DNA from: an uncultured Gemmatimonadales bacterium
GTDB taxonomy: Bacteria; Gemmatimonadota; Gemmatimonadetes; Gemmatimonadales; Gemmatimonadaceae
Length of the DNA stretch: 64,000 nucleotides
Reading direction: 5' to 3'
Assembly (NCBI GenBank): GCA_963707505.1
Contig: CAVPQB010000002.1
Span: 32,001-96,000, forward strand
Part shown: piece by piece, positions 40,770 to 49,443 of the stretch
How positions within the stretch are numbered: position 1 is the stretch's first letter
Layout: each line of letters starts with the position of its first letter
The notes under the pieces: generated by a model
Databases searched by the model: none
Told to the model about the DNA's origin: nothing
The model's input: the letters and a program-made list of their open reading frames with translations, nothing else
Translations under genes and position numbers: made by a program

Positions 40770-41027
40770 CTAATTGCCGGCGAGCACACGGTGAATGTCA
40801 CTCGCATATGCCTTTCTATACGCATCGCTGAGACGACGATCGTCGCTGTCCAGACGATTTCTGTATTCCCGCGCGGTCGTTCGGGACGAGTCGGCGGTGC
40901 TGCCGCCGCCCTTCTCCTCGATCGCACGTGCGCGGCCATACCAGTAGTCGCGCTTCTCCTCGTGCCGATTGAACTCGTCTATGACAGAATGGTCGGCGGG
41001 GAAAGCTGGATCGAGGGGGATGGGCAT
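40770..41027 (-). CDS. Small hypothetical charged protein
   Basis: 85-aa ORF (MPIPLDPAFP...) filling an intergenic gap; weak RBS and no recognisable motif. Confidence 0.4.
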   Translation of the reverse strand: MPIPLDPAFPADHSVIDEFNRHEEKRDYWYGRARAIEEKGGGSTADSSRTTAREYRNRLDSDDRRLSDAYRKAYASDIHRVLAGN

Positions 41028-41137
41028 CGAGGGCTCGGCGGAGGGATGGAAGGAGGCGGATTCGGCTCCTTCTGATTGCTCCGGACAAGCAACCGTGTTG
41101 AAAGGTACTACGTTGGCAGGGCCGTGACCCGATTCGG

Positions 41138-42049
41138 TTACGGATCCACGCCGGAAACGACCGGATAGTCGCTGTGGCGGCTCCAATCCTCGAATGAGCC
41201 ATCGTACAGGCGAACCGGGACGCCAAGCCGCCGGAGCTGCACATAATCGACGCTGGCGGTCTGTCCGATGTGGCAATAAACGACGACCGGCTTGTCGAGC
41301 GACACACCAGCGGCGGTGAATCTCGCGCGGGCCTGTTCCGGTGTGAGATAGACGTTCGTTACGCTATCGGCCAGGGTCAGGAAATAGACGTTGCGGGCGC
41401 CTGGCACGTGGCCGACCCGAGCCGCGCTGTGACCTTGCGCCGAACCGTTGTAAAACTCGGGAGCGCGTGCGTCGACGATCGTCATGTTCCCGTCCGCGAG
41501 GTGCGCTCGAACGTAGGCACCGTTCGTTACGGCGTCTTCGCGCGGTGTGATGTGAAGACTTCCGCGCGCAATCCTCGGGGCCGTCATCTCGGACGCGCCA
41601 CCGGCGGCCTTCCACGCGTCATATCCACCGTCGAGGATGTGCGTCCGATCGCCGAGTCCGATATAGTCGAGGGTAACGTAGGCTCGTGCGACCGGGCTCA
41701 GCCATCGCGACGTACTGTAAAGCACGATGGTGCTCCTGTCCGACACGCCAAGTGTCTCGAGGACCTTGCGCAGCGAATCCGCCGGAACCAGTTCCATCGT
41801 CAGAGCACCCTTGCTTCCATCGCCCGCGAAGATGGAATGAAAATCAAGCTTTCGCGCGCCTGGTATGTGACCGGATTCGTACGGATCTGGCGAGTCCATG
41901 CCAGACATCGTGAGATCGAGTATGACGAGATTCGGGTCGTCGACGTGAGCACGGAGCCACGCCGCCGTCACGACTATATCCGGCCTGGGTGACGGACGGC
42001 TGGACGGGGCGATCGCTGACAGCGATGCGAGTAGCAGGAGTCGAATCAT
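41138..42049 (-). CDS. Secreted tandem-domain rhodanese/sulfurtransferase
   Basis: Signal peptide, YESGHIPGA, LDGG, VDARA, GHVPGA, active loop YCHIGQTAS, YDGSFEDW. Confidence 0.92.
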   Translation of the reverse strand: MIRLLLLASLSAIAPSSRPSPRPDIVVTAAWLRAHVDDPNLVILDLTMSGMDSPDPYESGHIPGARKLDFHSIFAGDGSKGALTMELVPADSLRKVLETLGVSDRSTIVLYSTSRWLSPVARAYVTLDYIGLGDRTHILDGGYDAWKAAGGASEMTAPRIARGSLHITPREDAVTNGAYVRAHLADGNMTIVDARAPEFYNGSAQGHSAARVGHVPGARNVYFLTLADSVTNVYLTPEQARARFTAAGVSLDKPVVVYCHIGQTASVDYVQLRRLGVPVRLYDGSFEDWSRHSDYPVVSGVDP

Positions 42050-42273
42050 GATTTGCGGTGTCTGGGGGACTGGTGTACCGGAGTCAATGATTCCACGCAG
42101 GTGGGATACGCACAATCGCAAATGCGACGAATGACGCCATGGAGCCGATGAACGACGCTCCTCCACGACGAGTCCGCGCGAGAATCCCGGGGCAACCATC
42201 GCAGGCGCAAGGGGTCTAATCTGGTGCAAGCTTCACTCTTGCGAGGAATGCGCCTCCCGCATATTGGTATCGC

Positions 42274-43050
42274 ATGCGTCTCATAGTTGTAGAAGATGAA
42301 CCGATCGCGCGTGATGGCCTCTGCGCCCTGCTCGCAGCCGAGCAATCGGTTGAGGTCGTCGGCTCGTTCGCGAGCGCCGAAGCGGCGCGGCGCGGAGTCC
42401 GCAGCGCCCTGCCTGACGGAATGTTCGTCGACGTCGAGATGCCCGGTGAAGGAGGCATGGACTTCGTGCGCTCCATACCTGCCGCTTCGCGTCCACACGT
42501 CGTCTTCGTAACCGCGCACGAGAACTACGCGGCGAAAGCGTTCGACGTCGAGGCAATCGACTATGTTCTCAAGCCGATAGATGAACGACGGCTCGCCGAG
42601 GCTGTCGAGCGTGTTCGACGGGCGATCGACACAGGTGCGAACGCGCGCATGCATGCACGTATGCATGCACGACTGAAAGAAGTGCTTGCAGACGGCCTTG
42701 AACATGATAGTGAATATCTCACACGGATATCCACGCGTGTCGGGGATAGGCTCGTTGTCGTGAAGCTGTCCGACGTATCATGGATCGAGGCCGATGGCGA
42801 CTACATGCGCGTGCATTCGAAAGGGCGTGCGCTGCTCGTACGCATGACGATGCGAGAACTGGAGCGCCGTCTCGACCCTTCCCTGTTCATGAGAGCGCAT
42901 CGATCGGCGCTCGTGAACATCGAGTTCGTAGCTGGCGTGGAGCTGCTTCCGCACGGCGAGCACGTAGCCATGTTGTGTGACGGCGCTCGGGTTCGTATTG
43001 GCAGAACCTACAGGTCGGCGTTGTTCGAGGCACTGGGAGAACGGACGTGA
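42274..43050 (+). CDS. LytTR-family response regulator
   Basis: VEDEPIAR, DVEMP, FVTAH, DYVLKP, IEADGDY, RAHRSALVN. Confidence 0.95.
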   Translation: MRLIVVEDEPIARDGLCALLAAEQSVEVVGSFASAEAARRGVRSALPDGMFVDVEMPGEGGMDFVRSIPAASRPHVVFVTAHENYAAKAFDVEAIDYVLKPIDERRLAEAVERVRRAIDTGANARMHARMHARLKEVLADGLEHDSEYLTRISTRVGDRLVVVKLSDVSWIEADGDYMRVHSKGRALLVRMTMRELERRLDPSLFMRAHRSALVNIEFVAGVELLPHGEHVAMLCDGARVRIGRTYRSALFEALGERT

Positions 43051-44177
43051 AAATACATCGCACTGCGATCACCGCTGCACTTGTCTCATTCTCCATCGCC
43101 ACAGTACTCGGCATTATTGCCAGCGCGCATCATCATGCGATGATGATTGCGGAAGGAAGCCCAATGCCGTGGCGGCATGCTGCGGTGATGGAGATGCCAT
43201 TCTGGTACGCTGCAGCGATACTGACTCCCGCACTCGTGTGGATACTGCATCGCCTTCCCGACCGCACGCATGGCCTGACGAGAGTGGCTGAACATGTAGC
43301 GATCGCACTGGCGTGGGTGACCTTGCAAACCGCGCTCGAGATGGGAGCGCGTACGATGCTTGGGACTGGTCTCAGCGGCCCCAGCCCCACGCTTTTGCAA
43401 CTGATCGTCGACTCGCTCGCGAATGGATTTACGGGCAGGCTGCTCATATACGGCCAGGTGGTGGGAGCCATCTATGCCTTCACGTATTACGATCGGTATC
43501 GCGAGCGCGAGCTGGCAGCTGCGCAACTGGAGACGCAGCTTGCGGAGGCACGGCTGCGCATGTTGCGCATGCAGCTCAATCCGCACTTTCTATTCAATTC
43601 GATGAACACGATTGCTATGCTCGTCAGAGCTGGACGGTCATCGGAGTCCGTGACGATGCTCCTTGCATTGAGCACGTTGATGCGAGACGCGCTGCGCGAT
43701 GACGCGCCTGACAGTGGCCCGCTGGAAGATGAGCTGAACCTTCTCAACCGCTATGTCGGCGTCGAGCAGGTGCGCTTTGGTGGAAGGCTCGCCTTCGACG
43801 TTGACGTTCCCGAGTCGCTCATGACTGTAACGGTGCCGAGCTTTCTGTTGCAGCCACTCGTGGAGAACGCGATTCGGCATGGCCGAGCGGCGTCGGATGG
43901 CGCCGCAGCCATAGGGGTTCACGCGGAGCGTATTCAGGACAGGCTCGTGCTATCGGTCTGGGATGACGGAGCCGCGGTCACGGTTCCGGCCAACGAGCCG
44001 CACGAGCCGCACGAGCGGCACGAGCCGTGCGAGCCTCACGGCGTCGGCCTTACGAACGTGCGCGATCGTCTGCTGCAGCTTTACGGCGCGGCGCACTCGT
44101 TCGAGATCGGACGGATGGACAGCCGCACCATTGCGAGGATCTCGATTCCGATTCAGTTCGCGGCTGCGGTGAGCTGA
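43047..44177 (+). CDS. LytS-type sensor histidine kinase
   Basis: N-terminal TM helices; LRMQLNPHFLFNSMN, LQPLVENAIRHG, DDG, GVGLTNVRDRL. Confidence 0.94.
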   Translation: MKIHRTAITAALVSFSIATVLGIIASAHHHAMMIAEGSPMPWRHAAVMEMPFWYAAAILTPALVWILHRLPDRTHGLTRVAEHVAIALAWVTLQTALEMGARTMLGTGLSGPSPTLLQLIVDSLANGFTGRLLIYGQVVGAIYAFTYYDRYRERELAAAQLETQLAEARLRMLRMQLNPHFLFNSMNTIAMLVRAGRSSESVTMLLALSTLMRDALRDDAPDSGPLEDELNLLNRYVGVEQVRFGGRLAFDVDVPESLMTVTVPSFLLQPLVENAIRHGRAASDGAAAIGVHAERIQDRLVLSVWDDGAAVTVPANEPHEPHERHEPCEPHGVGLTNVRDRLLQLYGAAHSFEIGRMDSRTIARISIPIQFAAAVS

Positions 44178-44187
44178 CTGAGGCATA

Positions 44188-44282
44188 ATCAACATATATG
44201 TTGATTATGCATTATTATACATATGAGTTTAAGAATCTTCTACCTGGAGGTTGAATCATGCAGATTAAATCTATAGATTGAA
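44188..44282. promoter_or_regulatory. Array of four 18-bp palindromic operators upstream of hipB
   Basis: ATCAACATATATGTTGAT (44188), TTATACATATGAGTTTAA (44215), TTCTACCTGGAGGTTGAA (44238), TTAAATCTATAGATTGAA (44265). Confidence 0.75.
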
Positions 44283-44304
44283 TTTATCCAACAGGAGAGC
44301 TCTC

Positions 44305-44577
44305 GTGGATTATCCCGTGCAGTCACCCGAACAGCTGGGCATCTACTTGCGCTCTCTGCGCAAGTCGCGTGGACTCACCCAGGGAGCACTCGGCAAAATG
44401 CTCGGAGTTTCTACGGCACGAGTCGCGTACATCGAACATCATCCTGGCACGGTCGGGAGCGGACAACTCCTTAAAATCCTGCACTTGCTCGGCGCACATC
44501 TCTACCTGGATGACGGAACGGCCAAACGTGACGCGCGCGCCAACACGCGGCAGCCAACAGCTGTAGGCGAGTGGTGA
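44305..44577 (+). CDS. hipB: HipB-like XRE HTH antitoxin
   Basis: AGGAG RBS plus GTG start; QLGIYLRSLRKSRGLTQ HTH; C-terminal Trp (GEW); overlaps the hipA start. Confidence 0.9.
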   Translation: MDYPVQSPEQLGIYLRSLRKSRGLTQGALGKMLGVSTARVAYIEHHPGTVGSGQLLKILHLLGAHLYLDDGTAKRDARANTRQPTAVGEW

Positions 44578-45953
44578 TGGCCCGAGCCATCAAGGCCCTC
44601 GATGTCTGGATGAACGGAGAACGTGTCGGAGTCTGGCAACCAAGCCGATCGGGGAATCCGACCTTTCAATACCACGAAGAGTGGCTCGCATCGGACATGG
44701 CTCGCCCGATCTCGCTATCGCTTCCATTCACGCCGGGGAATGAGCCACATCGAGGAGAATACGTCTCCGCTTGGTTCGACAATCTGCTCCCCGATAGCGA
44801 GCCGATTCGGAAGCGCATTGGGCAGCGATTTCACACGCCATCTCTGCAGACATTCGATCTTCTTGCTTCAATTGGAAGAGACTGCGTAGGCGCTGTACAG
44901 ATCGTTCCTGCCGGCGTCGATCCAGGCGACGTGAGACGTATCGACGCCGAGCAGATGACGGATGCCGAAGTCGCCGCTGTGCTGCGCGGTGTCACCGTGT
45001 CGCAGCCGTTTGGCGCGAACGATGACGACGAGCTCCGGATCTCCATCGCCGGTGCCCAGGAGAAAACGGCACTTCTGCGTATCGGTGACCGCTGGCATCG
45101 ACCGCGAGGTGCCACGCCGACAACACATATTCTGAAGCTACCTCTCGGCCTGATCGGGAACATGCGCGCGAACATGCGCGACTCCGTTGAGAACGAGTGG
45201 CTGTGTCTTGAATTCCTTCGTCTGCTCGGGCTCCCCGTGGCCAATGCCTCGATCGCGTCCTTCGAAGACGATGTGAGCGATGAAAAGGCACTGGTGGTCG
45301 AACGCTTCGATCGACAGCGCGTAAGTGCGACGGCAGATACGCCGGAGTGGATCGTACGCCTGCCGCAGGAAGACTTCTGTCAGGCAACCCGAACACCGCC
45401 TGACAGGAGATACGAAGGCGACGGCGGTCCCGGTATTTCGACAGGCCTCGCGTTGCTTGGCGGTGGAGAGAGATACCACGACGACGCTCTGACGTTCGCC
45501 AAGGCCCAACTGGCATTCTGGCTTCTGGCGGCGCCTGACGGGCACGCGAAGAACTTCTCCGTCTTTCTCAGGCGCAGCGGACACATCATGACGCCGCTTT
45601 ACGATGTGTTGTCGGCGTGGCCAATCATCGGCAGAGGACCGAACAAATGGGCGCAGCAGGATGTCAAGCTGGCAATGGCATTGCGCGGCAGACACACGCA
45701 TCGTCGTCTACACGAGATTGCCACTCGGCATTGGCGCTCGTTGGCCGCGAAAACCGGAACGAGGAACGCGTTCCAGCAAATGGTCTCGATGGTGGATACC
45801 GTCGACTCCGCGCTCGATGCGCTGGAGTCCTCTCTCGATGCCAACTTTCCCGAGCACGTGTGGTCGAGTATATCGAAAGGCGTCCGGTCGCAACGAGTCC
45901 GCTTCAAGAAGGGGCTCGAACATGGCAACGTCGGTGATACGATGCTCGCGTAG
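44577..45953 (+). CDS. hipA: HipA-family Ser/Thr kinase toxin
   Basis: ISLSLP, FDNLLPDS, GRDCVGA, ISIAGAQEK, THILK, VERFDR, QEDFCQA, DGHAKNFS, PLYDV. Confidence 0.96.
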   Translation: MARAIKALDVWMNGERVGVWQPSRSGNPTFQYHEEWLASDMARPISLSLPFTPGNEPHRGEYVSAWFDNLLPDSEPIRKRIGQRFHTPSLQTFDLLASIGRDCVGAVQIVPAGVDPGDVRRIDAEQMTDAEVAAVLRGVTVSQPFGANDDDELRISIAGAQEKTALLRIGDRWHRPRGATPTTHILKLPLGLIGNMRANMRDSVENEWLCLEFLRLLGLPVANASIASFEDDVSDEKALVVERFDRQRVSATADTPEWIVRLPQEDFCQATRTPPDRRYEGDGGPGISTGLALLGGGERYHDDALTFAKAQLAFWLLAAPDGHAKNFSVFLRRSGHIMTPLYDVLSAWPIIGRGPNKWAQQDVKLAMALRGRHTHRRLHEIATRHWRSLAAKTGTRNAFQQMVSMVDTVDSALDALESSLDANFPEHVWSSISKGVRSQRVRFKKGLEHGNVGDTMLA

Positions 45954-45961
45954 CGTCGAAC

Positions 45962-46026
45962 CAGAGGCACCGGTCGGAATCGAACCGACGAATAGGAGAT
46001 TTGCAGGTTTCGACCGGGGTTTGCGA
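45962..46026 (-). repeat. att-like repeat copy 1 containing the 3' half of tRNA-Cys(GCA)
   Basis: Minus strand CTGCAAA-TCTCC-TATTC-GTCGG-TTCGATT-CCGAC-CGGTGCC-T; 5' half absent; identical to 48902-48966. Confidence 0.88.
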
Positions 46027-46367
46027 CCTGTTGGAAACCTCTGCGATCGTCGGTGGCACCCGGTAGATATCGAGCTGACCTTTGCGATCCGTCAGGATAC
46101 GATGCGCGGACTTGCGCCTTTATGTACCCGAAAGGTGACGTGAGCCCCGAAAGCTGATCCAAAAGTTAGGTTGGTCCTCGAGCAAGGAGGACCGATGCGG
46201 AAGAGCAGATTTACGAACGAACGATCGGGGCGGCTATATCGCTTGGCGCGGGCTCAAAAAGTGATATAATTTACACATACCCACATTATTGTGATTATTT
46301 TTCGCGATTAGTGAATGAATTAGGGCTTTTTCGATTCGTAAGAACCGAAAGCACCAAAGGTGAATAA

Positions 46368-48314
46368 ATGTCTGATCGAAACACTATGCGTGATGGAATT
46401 TCACAGAATGTGATGTCTTTTCACGGACGTCCACTCCCCGAACTTGCCTCACCTGTCGGATACGCCCGGCTCATCCACCTGTATGACCTTCAGCTGCCCA
46501 TCCCGCCTAGGCTAGCTGCCGTAGCGGTGCGGCACCACCCACAGTCAACCGACGAATGGTTGTTGGTTACCCCCAGACACAGGCCCGAGGAGACGCTGGC
46601 AGGGCAGTTGGAGTTTGCGCTCAAGTGGGAGGGCGTTGATCTCGGCGTAATCAACGCTCTGACCATGATTGTCCCGCCGGTAGAATTTGAGGCACTCATC
46701 CGAGCAACGCCGACCGGCAGCTACGCACGAAGGATTTGGTTCTTATATGAGTGGCTCACAGGTCAAACACTGGCACTTCCGAATGCGGGGAAGGTCCGTG
46801 CGGTGCCAGTGCTGAACCCGGTCCAGCAGTTCGCCCTTTCGAAGGGGACCATGTCGACACGACATCGCGTCATCGACAACCTTCCCGGTACGCGTGCATT
46901 CAGCCCACTTGTACGAAGGACGCAGGCCCTCAACGCAGTTGCCGCAAAACAGTTAAACCGCCGGGCCCGCGAGGTGCTGGGCCGCACGCATGGCGACGTC
47001 ATCGCGAGAGCAGCTGCATTTCTGCTCCTGAGCGATAGCCGCTCGTCTTTCGACATCGAGGGCGAGCACCCTTCGCGCCAGAGGACTGCGCGCTGGGCTC
47101 AGGCGATCGGGCAAGCTGGCGCTCGCCCGTTGAGCATCGACGAACTCGAACGCCTCCAGCAAATCGTCATTGGCGATGCCCGCTTCGTCCATCTCGGACT
47201 GAGGGAAGACGGCGGTTTTGTTGGCGACCATGACCGTCTCACCCAGGAGCCATTACCCGAGCACATAAGTGCACGTGCCAAAGACCTCCGAGATCTACTC
47301 ACCGGGGTCGTCGACTATGTATCCCGAGCCGTGGCAGGAGGTCTCGACCCTGTAGTTGCAGCAGCAACCGCGGCGTTCGGCTTTGTGTACATCCATCCAT
47401 TCGAAGACGGCAATGGTCGACTACACAGATGGTTGATCCATCATGCGTTGGCGATCACCGGTTATAACCCGCCCGGCGTCGTCTTTCCGGTAAGCGCAGC
47501 AATACTTCGTGAGCTTGATACCTACAAGCGCGTGCTCGAATCGTATTCCAAGCCGCTACTTCCATACATCAATTGGGAACCCACCGAACGCGGCAACGTG
47601 AACGTGCTGAACGAGACGGCTCAATATTACCGATACTTCGATGCCACCGCGCATGCCGAGTTTCTGTATCAGTGTGTCGCTACGACGGTGGAGCGGGACC
47701 TTCCAGACGAAGTTGCGTATCTCGAAGGCTATGATCGATTCGCGGCACGAGTACAGCTGATTGTAGACTTGCCAGCTCGCATGGTCGAGCTACTGCATGG
47801 CTTCCTGCAACAGGGACACGGTCATTTTTCCAAACGGGCGAGGGAGAAGGAGTTCGCAGCACTTACGGAAGAAGAAGTCAGAAGCATCGAGCAACTCTAC
47901 GCGGACTGCTTCACGCGCGAGCCCGCATCAAACACTCCAGTAACTCAGGAGAACAACGCTGCGGCTGCATCCTCGCCGCCCTCTGCGGCTGTGCTCTCCC
48001 CACTCCCAATATCGTTGCAACGGGGGCAACTGGTCGCCATCGCACGGCAACTTGTCACTCCAGTCGACATTCCAGCGCTAATAGCAGAAGGAATTATCGC
48101 GAAAGCGCGCGGCGCATGGTACGAAGTGATCGATGGGAAACGGTTGCCAGAACACGTCACCGCGCAAATTCACGAGTTCCGATTAGAAGTGGGAGAACAA
48201 GGGCAGCAACGCCAATTCGTCAAGATTCCACCGGTTCGCAAGAAAGCCCTGCGTCTTTATCGAGAACTCACGGGAGAAGACGCACCTATCGTTCCCCGCG
48301 AACCACGCACATAA
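46368..48314 (+). CDS. Fic family protein with a C-terminal extension
   Basis: HPFEDGNGRLHR Fic motif, FALKWEG, YARRIWFLYEWLTG, SRSSFDIEGE; start uncertain. Confidence 0.92.
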   Translation: MSDRNTMRDGISQNVMSFHGRPLPELASPVGYARLIHLYDLQLPIPPRLAAVAVRHHPQSTDEWLLVTPRHRPEETLAGQLEFALKWEGVDLGVINALTMIVPPVEFEALIRATPTGSYARRIWFLYEWLTGQTLALPNAGKVRAVPVLNPVQQFALSKGTMSTRHRVIDNLPGTRAFSPLVRRTQALNAVAAKQLNRRAREVLGRTHGDVIARAAAFLLLSDSRSSFDIEGEHPSRQRTARWAQAIGQAGARPLSIDELERLQQIVIGDARFVHLGLREDGGFVGDHDRLTQEPLPEHISARAKDLRDLLTGVVDYVSRAVAGGLDPVVAAATAAFGFVYIHPFEDGNGRLHRWLIHHALAITGYNPPGVVFPVSAAILRELDTYKRVLESYSKPLLPYINWEPTERGNVNVLNETAQYYRYFDATAHAEFLYQCVATTVERDLPDEVAYLEGYDRFAARVQLIVDLPARMVELLHGFLQQGHGHFSKRAREKEFAALTEEEVRSIEQLYADCFTREPASNTPVTQENNAAAASSPPSAAVLSPLPISLQRGQLVAIARQLVTPVDIPALIAEGIIAKARGAWYEVIDGKRLPEHVTAQIHEFRLEVGEQGQQRQFVKIPPVRKKALRLYRELTGEDAPIVPREPRT

Positions 48315-48536
48315 ATTCGCATTGACACGACGAATTCGGTGCTCGGCCCATTATGCGCACGACACGAGTGGAGTATGTAGCGAGTCACAATCCGGACCGC
48401 TCTATCAACCCGAGACCGCGCCCTTGCAGGACCACACCCGCGCGCGACAGAGCGAAATACGCTTAGTCGTTTGCGAAGCCGAGCGTAAACTCAGATAGCT
48501 ATGCCACGTAGTCGGTGTTAGCACTTCCCCGCCCAC

Positions 48537-48580
48537 GCTTCGGGAGCAAGAGGTCGCCGGTTCAAATCCGGCCACCCGAC
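48537..48580 (+). pseudogene. 3' fragment of tRNA-Pro(CGG)
   Basis: GC-TTCGGGA-GCAAG-AGGTC-GCCGG-TTCAAAT-CCGGC-CACCCGAC; no intact D-arm upstream. Confidence 0.75.
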
Positions 48581-48901
48581 TGTGTAAGATGAAGCCTCAC
48601 GGCGCGCTGCCCGAGCCGTTCAGCAACTATTCAACCTTCCTTACGCTGTCTCAGGATTCGAGGACACCGGCGCCCGAGCTTCAAGGGGCCAGTCATCCGC
48701 ATTGAAGCCGTACGATGATTATCTCACGGCCGGGCCTCGCATCTATTCAGTCGAGACGCGACGCGCGTCGGATGTCAGACGCATTCACGGCGAGGGGAGA
48801 GGGGTTAAGGGAAACCATGGCTTCGTACCCTGTTTTTGCACCCAATCCCATTGCACAGCAATGGCGCTGCGCTCTAAATTGGCTTCCCACAATCACTTGC
48901 T

Positions 48902-48966
48902 CAGAGGCACCGGTCGGAATCGAACCGACGAATAGGAGATTTGCAGGTTTCGACCGGGGTTTGCGA
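48902..48966 (-). repeat. att-like repeat copy 2 containing the 3' half of tRNA-Cys(GCA)
   Basis: Identical to 45962-46026; followed by TGTACCC direct repeats at 49066 and 49077. Confidence 0.88.
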
Positions 48967-49443
48967 TCCATTGCTAATCTCTCCGATATTACCACGCGAC
49001 GCCCGGGCCAATCGTGGTGGCTTCTTGCGATCCATGAGGATGCGATGCGTCCATATGCGGCGATATGTACCCCGGGTGTACCCAACTTCGAGCGAACTCT
49101 AAAAACTGAGGATTCTTGTCGACGGGCGGCCTGAGGCACGCCTGAGTGTATGGATCTGAAATTTGGCGTCGCTACCTGATAAGAGCCTGTCGCCGGGCCG
49201 GATGCCTGTGGAGACGCTGCCGATCAGGTGCGGTTCCTAGCTCGCCCCCCAGGTCTTTCCTTGCTTCGTGCATCCACATACGGCGTCCTCGAAACCGGCT
49301 TCATGACAAATCTTCGCTGCGACGACCGGATCATCCGGTTTGGCGTACTGTGCCGAACGTCCATGCGCGCTGCGGGACGGTGTCGCGCGACCAATCGAGA
49401 GCGTGCGACAGTGGAACGTTAAGGGTCAGTGTGCGACACGAGA

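Larger units (their letters stand above)
45962..48966. mobile_element. Integrase-less island remnant bounded by direct tRNA-Cys att repeats
   Basis: 65-bp identical direct repeats 2940 bp apart enclosing a Fic gene and a tRNA-Pro fragment. Confidence 0.65.

Noticed and set aside
45962..48966. Functional tRNA-Cys genes or CRISPR repeats
   Set aside because: The 5' tRNA halves are missing, and there are only two copies 2.9 kb apart with no spacers or cas genes.
45599..49139. ORFs containing EAPVGIEPTNRRFAG
   Set aside because: These are translations of the antisense tRNA fragment, not proteins.
49228..49422. VLETGFMTN resembling an amidase_3 motif
   Set aside because: It is a single short motif with no supporting context; chance or an unrecognisable relic.
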